The notes below the pieces were generated by a model that ran no database searches, was not told the origin of the DNA, and was given only the letters and a program-made list of their open reading frames with translations. Of a DNA stretch of 64,000 nt, positions 44,765 through 55,001 are shown piece by piece. A program made the translations under genes and the position numbers. This DNA comes from Candidatus Delongbacteria bacterium (GTDB lineage: Bacteria; CAIWAD01). The stretch lies in contig OY760505.1 in assembly GCA_963663545.1 (NCBI GenBank), positions 1,856,001 to 1,920,000 of the forward strand. Direction: 5' to 3'. How positions within the stretch are numbered: position 1 is the first letter of the stretch; each line of letters begins with the position of its first letter.

Positions 44765-46747
44765 TCACACCGCCAGCTTCTTCCAGAGGAAGCGGAAGAT
44801 CTGCACACTCATACGTGCACGCTGCTTCATGTTGGCAGCCATGCCATGACCGCCTTCTGTGTTCTCGTAATACAACACATCGTGGCCCTGTTCGCTCATC
44901 TTGTGCGCCATGCGGCGGGCGTGACCCGGATGTACGCGATCGTCGCGCGTGGAGGTCATCAGTAGAATAGGCGGATACTCCGCTTCCGCGTCAAGCCGAT
45001 GATACGGCGAATAGGCTTCAATAGCAGCTCGCTCCTCGGGCAGATCGGGATTTCCATACTCTCCCATCCAGCTCGCTCCGGCAAGTAGTTTGTGATACCG
45101 CAACATGTCCAGCAACGGCACCTGGCAAACCACTGCCCCGAAGCTCTCGGGATGCTGTGTCATGCATGCGCCAACCAACAAGCCGCCATTGCTGCCGCCT
45201 TCAATGCCCAGTGTTTTACTGTTGCAGACACCGCGCCGCTGCAAATCCAGTGCAACAGCGTAGAAATCGTCGAAAGATTTCTGACGATTCTCCTTCAACG
45301 CCGCCTGATGCCATTCCGGACCGAACTCGCCACCCCCTCTAATGTTGGCGATCACATAGCACCCACCGCGCTCAAGCCACAAGCTGCCAACGGTGGGATC
45401 GTAATGCGGCAGGAGTGAAATCTCAAAACCGCCATAACCATACAAGAGCGTTGGTGTGTTACCATCCAAGGGAAGGTATTTGCGAGAGATCTGCGTATAG
45501 GGAATGCGAGTGCCATCCGGACTAATGGCAACGTGCTGCTGGACGTGCAAGCCATCACGGTCAAAGGCTTCTCTATTGCTGTAACACAGACGTAATTCCC
45601 CCTGTGCATTCATGTGATACAGCGCTTGTGGTGTGAGGTATCCTGTGGCGGAAATCAACAGTTCTTCGCTGTACATGTCGCATGAAAACAGACTGACGCA
45701 CTCTGCGCCTTCGATTGTAATGCGCTCGTAGGTATATGCGTCATTGTTCTGTAGAACACGTAGCAGGCCTTGACGCACGTTGTCGATAATATTGAGGTAG
45801 ATGCTGTCCCGTGACACACAAACGGATCTCAATGATTGATGTGCTTCGGGTGTAAAAAACGAGACGGCCGTGTCACGTTCGAGATCGTAAAGCACCGCAC
45901 TTCCGCCGGGAATGCCGCGCCATTCACTACGCAACTCGAGCACCAGCATGCCGCGATAGGTATCCTGCACAATCACGTCTGCGGGTAAAGGCAGCTTCCT
46001 GATACCGGATGAAGTGTAGTGGTAATGGGTGGTCAAATAGAAACTGTGTGACACACCAAGCAAGTTGACCTTGCCGTCCTCGCGATGCATCAAATAAACG
46101 AAGCAGCGCATATCATCGCTCTCGCACTCGAGCAGAACCTGTGCTTCCTGCAACTTCTGCCCTCGCCTCCATAGGCGAATGCTGCCGGGATAGCCGGCAT
46201 CTGTGTTCCGTCCGCCATCTTGTGCTGTGCAAATGAGGATTGTATCACGATCCAGCCAGGCGGCCATGCTCTTATCCTCTTCGACAAAGAAGCCGTTCTC
46301 GACAAACTGCTTGTTGCGACGATCAAACTCGCGTATCACAACGGCGTCCTTGCCTCCGCGAGAAAGCATAACAAGGGAAAGCTCCTCTTCGGTGAGTGTT
46401 CTCGTTCCTGAGTACACCCAATTCTCCCCTTCTTCCTCCGCGAGAGCATCTACATCAATGAGCACGTTCCACTCGGCACACTCTTCCCCATAGTCTGCTA
46501 AATCAAGCGTGCGAACAAGACCGCGCACATGATCTGCGTCCACCCAAAAGCCATTCACTTCCTTGTTGCGAAGATTGCCATAAGGGATGCGGTCCTTCGA
46601 TTCGAGGTTTTCCAATACTCGTGCAAGATCCCTCTCGTATTGTTCATCCTCCCCAAGTACCGCCACGCTTCTCTTGTTCTGTTCCTCCACCCAGCTCAGC
46701 GCACGCTTACCCTCAATTTCTTCCAACCACAATCTGTCCTCAGTCAT
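44765..46747 (-). CDS. Prolyl oligopeptidase (S9A)
   Basis: YGYGGFEIS, NIRGGGEFG, GGSNGGLL, DDRVHP, GGHG. Confidence 0.95.
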   Translation of the reverse strand: MTEDRLWLEEIEGKRALSWVEEQNKRSVAVLGEDEQYERDLARVLENLESKDRIPYGNLRNKEVNGFWVDADHVRGLVRTLDLADYGEECAEWNVLIDVDALAEEEGENWVYSGTRTLTEEELSLVMLSRGGKDAVVIREFDRRNKQFVENGFFVEEDKSMAAWLDRDTILICTAQDGGRNTDAGYPGSIRLWRRGQKLQEAQVLLECESDDMRCFVYLMHREDGKVNLLGVSHSFYLTTHYHYTSSGIRKLPLPADVIVQDTYRGMLVLELRSEWRGIPGGSAVLYDLERDTAVSFFTPEAHQSLRSVCVSRDSIYLNIIDNVRQGLLRVLQNNDAYTYERITIEGAECVSLFSCDMYSEELLISATGYLTPQALYHMNAQGELRLCYSNREAFDRDGLHVQQHVAISPDGTRIPYTQISRKYLPLDGNTPTLLYGYGGFEISLLPHYDPTVGSLWLERGGCYVIANIRGGGEFGPEWHQAALKENRQKSFDDFYAVALDLQRRGVCNSKTLGIEGGSNGGLLVGACMTQHPESFGAVVCQVPLLDMLRYHKLLAGASWMGEYGNPDLPEERAAIEAYSPYHRLDAEAEYPPILLMTSTRDDRVHPGHARRMAHKMSEQGHDVLYYENTEGGHGMAANMKQRARMSVQIFRFLWKKLAV

Positions 46748-46771
46748 CGGTTCTCGTCCTTTAGCCTTGTG

Positions 46772-48826
46772 TTAGTGTGTAAGTCGACGTAGGTCTTTTC
46801 TGGCGGCCGGACGAAATCGAATCGCCACACCGCCTCCGGGCGCCAGTCGAAGCGGCAATGTATCACCACATTCAACCAATCGCTCCTCGACTACGTAGTT
46901 TAGCGGATCACTTTTCCAATCTGCTGTATCACCATCGCGGTAGACTTGTGCCACATAGGGGCGTCCCGCATCAAGGAAGTTCAGAGGAATTTCAAGCACC
47001 CGTCCGAACTCGTCGGTGATACTCCCAAGGAACCAATCATCGCCTCCGCGTTCGCGGCGCACGATAGTCAGATAATCATTTATGCGAGCGTTGAGCACCC
47101 TTGTTTCGGACCAGTCCACGGGCACATCGCGAATAAACTGAAAAGCGTCCAGGTGCCGTTCGTAATTCTCTGGCAGATCCGCGGCCATTTGCAGCGGGCT
47201 GTAGAGGACAACGTACAAAGCCAACTGCTTGGCCAGTGTCGTGTTGACGCGGTTTTCTGGTTTTGTTGGCAGTAGGATGTCGAAGATGCCCGGTGTGAAA
47301 TCCATCGGTCCTGACAAGAGCCGCGTAAAAGGAATAAGGGTCGTGTAGTCCGGCGGATTTCCCCCGTTTTCGCCCCAGGCGTTGAACTCCTGTCCCCGCG
47401 CGCCTTCACGCGTCATCATATTGGGCCAGGTACGGCGAATGCCCGTATCCTTGATGGGCTCGTGTACATCCAGCATGATATGCTGTGCCGCCGCCGCCTC
47501 TACCACCTTTCGGTAGTGACGAACCATGTGCTGACCGTGATGCCATTCAAGCGCGAGATTGCCGTCGTCGTCAATGCGTTTGATGTTTTGTCCGTGGTTC
47601 ACGTAGCCGGTCTTGATTGTGTTCACACCAAACCGCTTGTAATACGCGAAAGCGTCTTCAAGCTGGCGCTCATAGTTGATGGGGCTACCGCCGGTTTCGT
47701 GATGACCAATCAGAGATACGCCTTTCTCTTTGGCATATCGTGATACAGCCTCCATGTCAAATTCGGGGTGAGCCTCCGTGAAATTGAAGATATCGCCGTT
47801 GGCAATCCAATCACCGTCCCAACCCGTGTTCCATCCCTCAACGAGCACTCCGTCAAAACCGTACTTCGCTGCAAAATCGATGTAGTGTTTTGCCTTGGCC
47901 GTAGTCGCGCCGTGCTTTTCTCCGCTTCCCCATGTAGAGACATCAATGTGCATCTCCCACCAGATGCCGACGTACTTCGCTGGTTTGATCCAGCTCGTGT
48001 CTTCGATCTTGCAGGGCTCGTTCAAGTTGAGAACAAGGTCACTTGTAATCAGGTTTCCAGGTGTATCACAGATCACTATCGTCCGCCATGGTGATACAAG
48101 CGGAGTTTGTCCCTTCACGCGGACGCCATCCGACCAGGGTACAAGATCGGCCTCTAAGGTTGTTTGACCCGTGCGCTTGAGAGTCATAGAGGCAAAATCC
48201 GTCAACGCAGCCTCATGAATCGACAGATACAAGCCATCGGCTGTTTCCATTGTGAGTGGGGTATGAACCGTATCGATTTCACTGACTGGGCTACACGCAG
48301 GCAGGTACTCATAGCGGTTCCACTGGTAGGCCTTGATCCACCAGGAACGGTGATCACCAGCCAAGGCGAACTCCGTCAGCTCATCCATGATGTTGATGCA
48401 ATCCATGGCTGGCTGTTCTGGAATTTCATAGCGGAAGCCGACGCCGTCATCAAACACTCGAAAGATGTAATTGAGTCTGCGATGGTCGCCGTGTTCTTCC
48501 TGCAGCTCTACTCTCAGTTCTGTGTAGTTGTTGCGTACAAGCTCGCGCTCGCCCCAGACCGTGGTCCAGTTCTCGTCAACAACGCGAACCTGATGTGATA
48601 CAACCGTGAAATCCCAAGCCAAGGGCGCCTCATCCAAGAGGAGCAATCCAAGTCGCCCCGGTAAGAGCACGGGCTCCCCGAAGCGTGACACATCATACTG
48701 TGGAACACCGCGGTCCAGCCGGAAGGCAAGATCAAGAATGTTCCCTGGTGACTGCACACGCAGCTCCTCTGCTGTGACACAAGAAGCACTGATCAGCACG
48801 ATTGAGAGCAGGTGATACCACTTCAT
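46772..48826 (-). CDS. Glycoside hydrolase family 97 (SusB-like alpha-glucosidase)
   Basis: SPWRTI, YVGIWWEMH, VLVEGWNTGW, GHHETG, EGARGQE, GPMDFTPG, QMAADLPENY. Confidence 0.95.
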   Translation of the reverse strand: MKWYHLLSIVLISASCVTAEELRVQSPGNILDLAFRLDRGVPQYDVSRFGEPVLLPGRLGLLLLDEAPLAWDFTVVSHQVRVVDENWTTVWGERELVRNNYTELRVELQEEHGDHRRLNYIFRVFDDGVGFRYEIPEQPAMDCINIMDELTEFALAGDHRSWWIKAYQWNRYEYLPACSPVSEIDTVHTPLTMETADGLYLSIHEAALTDFASMTLKRTGQTTLEADLVPWSDGVRVKGQTPLVSPWRTIVICDTPGNLITSDLVLNLNEPCKIEDTSWIKPAKYVGIWWEMHIDVSTWGSGEKHGATTAKAKHYIDFAAKYGFDGVLVEGWNTGWDGDWIANGDIFNFTEAHPEFDMEAVSRYAKEKGVSLIGHHETGGSPINYERQLEDAFAYYKRFGVNTIKTGYVNHGQNIKRIDDDGNLALEWHHGQHMVRHYRKVVEAAAAQHIMLDVHEPIKDTGIRRTWPNMMTREGARGQEFNAWGENGGNPPDYTTLIPFTRLLSGPMDFTPGIFDILLPTKPENRVNTTLAKQLALYVVLYSPLQMAADLPENYERHLDAFQFIRDVPVDWSETRVLNARINDYLTIVRRERGGDDWFLGSITDEFGRVLEIPLNFLDAGRPYVAQVYRDGDTADWKSDPLNYVVEERLVECGDTLPLRLAPGGGVAIRFRPAARKDLRRLTH

Positions 48827-48904
48827 GACTCCTCCTGAACGAGTTTTCCCTCTCGACCGATCGTCCCAGCTGCTGTTCTGTGATACACAGCTATCTGTGA
48901 ATTT

Positions 48905-49603
48905 TCATCCACGACACTCGTAAACATCTCTTCTCTGCTGAGCCGGGTACAGAAGCGCTGTTTCCGCCGGAGCTTCCCTATTTTCCCACGGATTGGTCAG
49001 CGGTGGAAAGACAAACACCAGGCCGATACCCGTCACGATACACACGGTCATTACAATAACGAAAAGAATGACGCGCGCGCGCTTGATTGCAATGCGCAAG
49101 CCAGCTGAAAGCGTTTGACTCCAGATTTCCACCGTCCAGAACAGGCAAACTAAAACCAGTAGCAGCGGCAATGGTGGCCGATCCAAGATGTAGGGCAACA
49201 GGAAGGACAGCAAAAAGAGCAATACCGCGCTGCCCAGTACGCACGAACCCAGCAGATTCTGTTGCACCATCCAGTCGGCCATTGCTGCTGGGTTTCCCGG
49301 CATTAGCGCCCGTGCATTGTGTGTCGGCTGGCCGTCTCGTCCGTGTTCTTCCACATAACGCCCCCACCACAGAAGCAACCCCAGCAGATAGAAAAGGGGA
49401 ATTCCCGCAACTACGGCGAGCAGCAGGTACAACAGCAGCTCACTTTGAGTGTGACTGAACAACATCCAGAGGCGAAAACCAAGCAACAGAGACGCCAGAC
49501 CGCTAAGCAGATCAGGAAGAATGCTTGTCTCACGCGGTTGCAACCTTGGGGCACTGTACAGCGGCGCAAATGGCAGAAGGAAGCTGAGGAATAGGTGCCG
49601 CAT
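48905..49603 (-). CDS. Hypothetical membrane protein (Yip1-like)
   Basis: Five hydrophobic segments; third of three tandem membrane ORFs. Confidence 0.55.
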   Translation of the reverse strand: MRHLFLSFLLPFAPLYSAPRLQPRETSILPDLLSGLASLLLGFRLWMLFSHTQSELLLYLLLAVVAGIPLFYLLGLLLWWGRYVEEHGRDGQPTHNARALMPGNPAAMADWMVQQNLLGSCVLGSAVLLFLLSFLLPYILDRPPLPLLLVLVCLFWTVEIWSQTLSAGLRIAIKRARVILFVIVMTVCIVTGIGLVFVFPPLTNPWENREAPAETALLYPAQQRRDVYECRG

Positions 49604-50202
49604 TACATCACCGTCCATTTTAGGCGAAGCATAGCCATTGCCATAGTCACGAGATAATAGGCGACGATGACCGTCCCCAGAACGAGCAACTTGGCTGCCG
49701 TTGAAACATCCGTTACCGCAGAGTAGCCCAAGACCACAAGCGCCATGGCGTAATACATGGGCACGTTCTGAAACCAGATCAGACTGGAGTCAACGCCCTG
49801 CAGCATCACGCATACAGGGAAAACCAGCATGCACGCCCACATTCCAAGAACCGTGACACACAGCATATCGCGAAAATGGCCGCCTCCGCCCAGAAAGCAT
49901 AGGACTCCGTACACCATTGCTGTTAACAGATAGGCCAAAATCAAAACCGTGGAGAGAAACAACACAACTCGAAGCGGCACTGGCAGAATGGTAATCGTGC
50001 TCAATCGGTACACAGGTGGGACCATCAACTGGCGTGTGAAATAGAAAACGAGGCCAGGAATGAGTACGGCAAACTCAGGCCAGAACGCTGGCCTGACGGA
50101 TTGAAGCCTACGAATCGCTGCAACCGGCCTGATTGCGAAGTAGGGAAAGACATAGAGCAAGAAGTAGAACAGATTTCCTGTAACCGCTGGCCTGTCGCTC
50201 AT
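49603..50202 (-). CDS. Yip1-like membrane protein
   Basis: RPVAAIRRL, LGGGGHFRD pattern; five TM segments. Confidence 0.6.
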   Translation of the reverse strand: MSDRPAVTGNLFYFLLYVFPYFAIRPVAAIRRLQSVRPAFWPEFAVLIPGLVFYFTRQLMVPPVYRLSTITILPVPLRVVLFLSTVLILAYLLTAMVYGVLCFLGGGGHFRDMLCVTVLGMWACMLVFPVCVMLQGVDSSLIWFQNVPMYYAMALVVLGYSAVTDVSTAAKLLVLGTVIVAYYLVTMAMAMLRLKWTVM

Positions 50203-50217
50203 TTGAATCTCCTGTAC

Positions 50218-50775
50218 CTAGCCGATACTCAGCCGAAAAACGCTGTACTGCCCAAAGAGTATCTGCTGAAGGACCTGAACACCAAATCCGGAAATCATCA
50301 GCACCATGAGCGTTTGGAACAAGTTTAGATCGAGAAACTCTCCAAATGCAGAAACACAAATATACACCCAATACAAAGCTAATGCAGCAAATAGAACGGT
50401 CGCGATCCCATTCCCGACTGAAAGCAGCGGAATAGCGAATAGGAAGAGAAGGAGTGTGCCCACATTGATGAAAGCAAAGACCATTTTACCGGATCTGAAA
50501 TCTGTCGCACCGCCAAAGACCATGGCGACGAAATAGAGCACGAGCGAACTCAGGTACAGCCCAAGGATGCCGATGACCACCTGCATTCCCAGGAAAACCG
50601 GATTGAATCGAAAACCAAAGAGAAGCGAGACAAACCCGAAAAGAACCGTGTATGCACAGACTACTGCCTCCGCCCAGTAACCGGGCGCCTCATGTATCAT
50701 TCGTGCCACGACTTTTCTTGGCGCGTGCATGAACTGCAAAATGGATCCAAACCAAAAGTAGATCGGGTCTTTCAT
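50218..50775 (-). CDS. Yip1-like membrane protein
   Basis: APRKVVARM, FGGATDFR pattern; five TM segments. Confidence 0.62.
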   Translation of the reverse strand: MKDPIYFWFGSILQFMHAPRKVVARMIHEAPGYWAEAVVCAYTVLFGFVSLLFGFRFNPVFLGMQVVIGILGLYLSSLVLYFVAMVFGGATDFRSGKMVFAFINVGTLLLFLFAIPLLSVGNGIATVLFAALALYWVYICVSAFGEFLDLNLFQTLMVLMISGFGVQVLQQILFGQYSVFRLSIG

Positions 50776-50865
50776 GGCTCCCCCCGTGTAACCTGATGGA
50801 TGTAGGTGTTTTGCAGATGCTCGTCGTGTGTGACACAATCTAATGCTGTCGACAAGATCGTGAAT

Positions 50866-50903
50866 GAAAAAGGAAAACGCCCCACCTGTGGGGGGTGGGG
50901 CGT
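50866..50903 (-). terminator. Intrinsic terminator after the NAD(P)H dehydrogenase gene
   Basis: Minus strand ACGCCCCACC-CCCACA-GGTGGGGCGT followed by TTTCCTTTTT. Confidence 0.75.
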
Positions 50904-50953
50904 ACTCTCATCCTGAATTTCCTCCAGGGCAGGCTGGCGTCTTCTAGCGCGCC

Positions 50954-51541
50954 TTATCCCTCAAGCATTGCCGCTACGCGCTTGCGGAAGTCTTCCAGGT
51001 AACCGTCTCGTACATCATCGCTTACCGAAGGCACCGATCCGTAGAAAATGTGATCCAGCACCACCATGTCGCAGAAGCGGAAAATGCCCTCGTCGCTTGT
51101 CTTGCGCATGGCATCGCTCATTCCACTCTGATCATAATAGCTGGTTGGCGTGCCTGTAGTGTTGACGACGATCACACGCGTATCCGAAAGCAGACCCTTG
51201 ATCTGTCCATTCTTCGCAACATAGGCAAAGCCGTAGGTTAGTGTACGATCGATCCAGCCCTTGAGAATGGCCGGCATACCCGTCCACCAAATGGGGTAGG
51301 AAAAGACGATCAGATCGGCCCAGCGGACCAACTCTTGCTGCGCACGAATATCATCGGGCGTGTTTCCTGCAGCAATTCGCCCCAGATCTTCTCCCGTTAG
51401 CACCGGTGAGAAGTCTTCCTGGTACAAGTCCAGCAGTTTAACATCGTGCCCTTTTGCTTTTGCTTCTTCAAGCACAACATGCGAAAGGGCGTGATTGAAG
51501 CTCGCTGTATTTGGATGGGCGTACACGACCAGAATCTGCAT
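50954..51541 (-). CDS. NAD(P)H-dependent oxidoreductase, flavodoxin-2 (MdaB/KefF-like)
   Basis: YAHPNTASFN, DLYQEDFSP, YPIWWTGMPAILKGWIDR. Confidence 0.93.
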   Translation of the reverse strand: MQILVVYAHPNTASFNHALSHVVLEEAKAKGHDVKLLDLYQEDFSPVLTGEDLGRIAAGNTPDDIRAQQELVRWADLIVFSYPIWWTGMPAILKGWIDRTLTYGFAYVAKNGQIKGLLSDTRVIVVNTTGTPTSYYDQSGMSDAMRKTSDEGIFRFCDMVVLDHIFYGSVPSVSDDVRDGYLEDFRKRVAAMLEG

Positions 51542-51637
51542 TTTCGTTCTCCGCTAATATTGTTTGTCAAAACTAAGTCGCTCCAACGCAAAGCGAAATG
51601 GAGTGTTCCCGGAAGGGAAGGAGAAAAGGCGAAAATA

Positions 51638-53167
51638 TTAGAAGCTGAAGCGATTTCGTCCGTTGGCCTTGGACTCGTAGAGCTTGTCATCGGCACGCTT
51701 CAGCAGCATGTCGGGATCCATGCCGGCTTCTGAACCGTCAAAGCATGCCAGTCCCAAACTGATGGTCACGTGAAGCGGCTCGTCCGGCCGATAGGTAAAG
51801 GGATGAGTCTCAACGGCTCGACGCAGTTTTTCGGCTGCAATGCGTGAAGCGTAAAGGCTTGTTTCTGGCAACAGCACAACGAATTCCTCGCCGCCGTAGC
51901 GAGCCGCCACATCGGATCCGCGCAGACTGGAGCGCAGGCACGCGGCCAACTCCACCAGAATGACGTCGCCCTGCTGGTGGCCATAGGTGTCGTTGAATTG
52001 CTTGAAATGATCCACATCAATGAGAATGCAGGTCATCGGACGCTGATAGCGTTGACAACGGCGGAATTCCCGTTGAAAAGTGTCGTTGAAAAAGCGCCTG
52101 TTGAACAAGCTCGTTAGCTCGTCAACAGAAGCCAGCTCCGAAAGGCGCTCATTGGCAACACGCAGTCGCCGGGCAAGATCTTCGGCTTTGGATTTTGCCT
52201 CCGCCAGCTCGCGATTCATGCGTTCGTAGGTGGCATTGCTTTCGGCTAGTTCCTGATTGGCAATGTCGAGCACTTCGGTATAGCTCATCAGATTGCGAAC
52301 GTCCATGCCGAAACTGCGACCGACTTCCACCACTTCTTCGCGGATTGTTCGGAAGAAGTGATCCACCTCGTCGGCGGACATCTGCTGCAGGCGGTTGGCC
52401 TCGATCTTGTAATCGCGGATCGAGATGCCTTTGTTGGGACTGTAAAACACACGGGCTGCCAGACGCGACAGATGAATGAGACGCGCAACCGTCTGGACCT
52501 GCTCGTCTTCCTGCTCCAGCCCGTTCAGGTCGTGATGATAGTGTACAGGACGCCACAGAATGGAGGGCAGATCCCATTTGCGCAACAGAGCTTCGCCAAG
52601 GGCTTCGTGCGAGACGGTGAAATCGCGAACCTCGCTGACAACAATATCCTCGCCTTCGTGCAGTTCTTTGGCTAGCACGTCAGCGTAACTTTCGCCGAAT
52701 AACTTCAACTGCACCAACATGCCGACATCCATCAGCAGGGCAGCCATGAAGACTTCTTCGGGATCGACGCCTTTGATGCGGTGCGAGAGTTTGCGAGCAT
52801 TCACCGCAGAAAACAGACTGCGCTCCCAGACGATTTTGAGATCGTGAATCGCTTCACTGCTTTCGATCATCATCTCGACGACCGAAGTGGAGAGCACAAC
52901 CGATTTCACAGCCTCGTAGCCCAACAGGACAACGGCATGACTAATGGTAGACACCTGCTGCGAAAGGCCGTAGAAGGCCGAATTCACGACGCGGAGTACA
53001 CGAGTAGCCAAGGCCGTGTCTTTGCTGATGAGCGCAGCAATCTCGTCTACCTGGCTATCAGCGCGTTCGATTGTACTCAGGGCCGCAGTAACGATTGGCG
53101 ACAATGCAGGCAGGTCTTCAATGCGGTCGAGGAGAACTTCTGGATCTGTGGCGGTAATGCTACTCAT
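51638..53167 (-). CDS. HDOD-GGDEF diguanylate cyclase
   Basis: LPALSP, VNSAFYG, HDOD; DELTSLFNRR, DVDHFKQFND.YGH..GD, RGSD I-site, RYGGEEF. Confidence 0.93.
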   Translation of the reverse strand: MSSITATDPEVLLDRIEDLPALSPIVTAALSTIERADSQVDEIAALISKDTALATRVLRVVNSAFYGLSQQVSTISHAVVLLGYEAVKSVVLSTSVVEMMIESSEAIHDLKIVWERSLFSAVNARKLSHRIKGVDPEEVFMAALLMDVGMLVQLKLFGESYADVLAKELHEGEDIVVSEVRDFTVSHEALGEALLRKWDLPSILWRPVHYHHDLNGLEQEDEQVQTVARLIHLSRLAARVFYSPNKGISIRDYKIEANRLQQMSADEVDHFFRTIREEVVEVGRSFGMDVRNLMSYTEVLDIANQELAESNATYERMNRELAEAKSKAEDLARRLRVANERLSELASVDELTSLFNRRFFNDTFQREFRRCQRYQRPMTCILIDVDHFKQFNDTYGHQQGDVILVELAACLRSSLRGSDVAARYGGEEFVVLLPETSLYASRIAAEKLRRAVETHPFTYRPDEPLHVTISLGLACFDGSEAGMDPDMLLKRADDKLYESKANGRNRFSF

Positions 53168-53702
53168 TGCTCAGAATTGTGATGGTGCTCCGGCCAAAGG
53201 TTTTTTCTTTCCAGACGGACCAGCGTGCGGATTCCAGCTTGACCGGTGTGGGGTGTTCGATCACCATGCGCCCACCCGGAAGCAGCAGATCAGCCTCGTC
53301 CAACTGCTTCATCAACACAGCATAATCCGTGCTGTCGTAGGGTGGATCGACAAAGACGAGATCAACCTTGAGCCCATACGAGCGCTTAGCGAGAAAGGCA
53401 GAGACACTCGAGCGAACGACATCGGCACATTCAGCCGCACCTACAATGCCAAGGTTCTGATGAATCAGTCGAAGCGCTGTATTGCTGTTGTCAACAAAAA
53501 GCCCCTGACTCGCCCCCAAACTCAAGGCATGCAATCCCAACGTGCCGCAACCAGCATACAAATCCAGAAAGCGTGCCTCGCGAAAATAGTCGCGCATGAC
53601 ATTGCAGATCCAATCGCGCATTCTGCTGGTGGTGGGGCGAATGCGTCCGTCCGCGGGAGTTTTCAGCCGCCGACCTTTGTAGCTGCCAAAGAGAATCTGC
53701 AT
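53160..53702 (-). CDS. rsmD: 16S rRNA m2G966 methyltransferase RsmD
   Basis: YKGRRL, IRPT, FLDLYAGCG, FVDPPY, VIEH. Confidence 0.9.
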   Translation of the reverse strand: MQILFGSYKGRRLKTPADGRIRPTTSRMRDWICNVMRDYFREARFLDLYAGCGTLGLHALSLGASQGLFVDNSNTALRLIHQNLGIVGAAECADVVRSSVSAFLAKRSYGLKVDLVFVDPPYDSTDYAVLMKQLDEADLLLPGGRMVIEHPTPVKLESARWSVWKEKTFGRSTITILSNE

Positions 53703-53711
53703 CGGCCCTTC

Positions 53712-55001
53712 CTATTGGACCCGGGGAAGAATGCGAACGCGCCAACCCTTGGCCGGAGCTTGCTCGTCGAACCAGTCGCCGCGCACTTCGCCGTCTCCAC
53801 GCAAGCGCTGCAGCACAACGCATGCGGGATCTGCACGTAGTCTACTGCTTAGTTCAGAAAGCGATTGGACGGTTAGCGAGGCTTCCACGGTCGGCGAAGT
53901 CGATGGAGCAAGGGGACGATCGAAATGAATCCAGTGCCCCATTTCCCCAACGTAACTAACGCGCGCAGGTAGGGGCAATGCAGCGATCAAACCCGCACCA
54001 TCCAATCCGCCGGATAGCACATAAACGCCATCGCTCTGCAAGTACAAAAAATCACCGAGTTGATCTTCAACTGCCGCAAGCGAGCGCAACAGGTCGAGAC
54101 AGTCGGTGCTGGCACCTATCGCTGCAGGTCGAGTTCTTGGCTGCCGCGCTGGCAGAGGATCGTTTCGAGTCGGTTGTGCCACAGCGGGTAGGGGTGCTGT
54201 TCCCTTCTCCTGAACCGCCTCGGTGACGGCTGAACTCGATCCACTATCCTGTGCCGCCGCCAGAAGACTATCGGGAACCAGCTGCAGCACGCTACTGTCA
54301 AGTGGCGCTTGTACGAGCTTCTCTTGCTCGGCTTCCAGCGGTTGACTCTCGCGAGAAGGCCACGGCAGTCCGTGCGTCCAAACCCAGGAAACACCGACGG
54401 CGGCAACCAGAATTGCAAAGACGGCCAGCAAGGGACGGCTCCAGCGCGTGGGATCTCGGTACTTCTCGATCTCACGGGCCGCGTCAAGCGCGTCGCTGTC
54501 AGCACGTTCGACCACAAAGTGAGGCTCGGTAATCGTCCCCACCTCGCTCAGCACACCAACAGCTTGAAGCCGTAAACCGCAGTTCGCAAAGAGCTGCTCA
54601 AGGAAGTTGTACATACTTTTGCGCACGGCCATCAGACGCGTAAGTTCTGCCGTTTCAAAGTAGTTGTAGTAGTAGTTGCGCGCGCTTTCGGGTGCGTTGC
54701 TTTCCAGCTCCCAGTGAACCTGTCCTGCTGGATTGGGCATGTTGTCCAGCCCGGTGTAGGGCAGATCAATAACAACGACGCCCCACTCTCGCGGAATGTA
54801 AACCAGGAGGGGCTGATCCTGGGGCAACTCCGGCAACAGCCGGTTCATGTACTCCGAGATCAGCCCCGCAAGTTCAGCCTTCTGCACCAAACCGGGATGG
54901 ATTTGGTAAGGAAGCTCAAGTTCCTGATCACCCTGAGGCAGGTGCAAGCACAGACGCTCCGCCCACAGCGAGCAGGCAATGGCGTCCTGTGCTATTCCCA
55001 C
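53712..55001 (-). CDS. Hypothetical bitopic membrane protein; N-terminal part weakly PilM/GspL-like
   Basis: QVHWELES..P..Y, LMAVRK, GLRLQAVGV; one TM near aa 190-208. Confidence 0.5.
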   Translation of the reverse strand: MGIAQDAIACSLWAERLCLHLPQGDQELELPYQIHPGLVQKAELAGLISEYMNRLLPELPQDQPLLVYIPREWGVVVIDLPYTGLDNMPNPAGQVHWELESNAPESARNYYYNYFETAELTRLMAVRKSMYNFLEQLFANCGLRLQAVGVLSEVGTITEPHFVVERADSDALDAAREIEKYRDPTRWSRPLLAVFAILVAAVGVSWVWTHGLPWPSRESQPLEAEQEKLVQAPLDSSVLQLVPDSLLAAAQDSGSSSAVTEAVQEKGTAPLPAVAQPTRNDPLPARQPRTRPAAIGASTDCLDLLRSLAAVEDQLGDFLYLQSDGVYVLSGGLDGAGLIAALPLPARVSYVGEMGHWIHFDRPLAPSTSPTVEASLTVQSLSELSSRLRADPACVVLQRLRGDGEVRGDWFDEQAPAKGWRVRILPRVQ

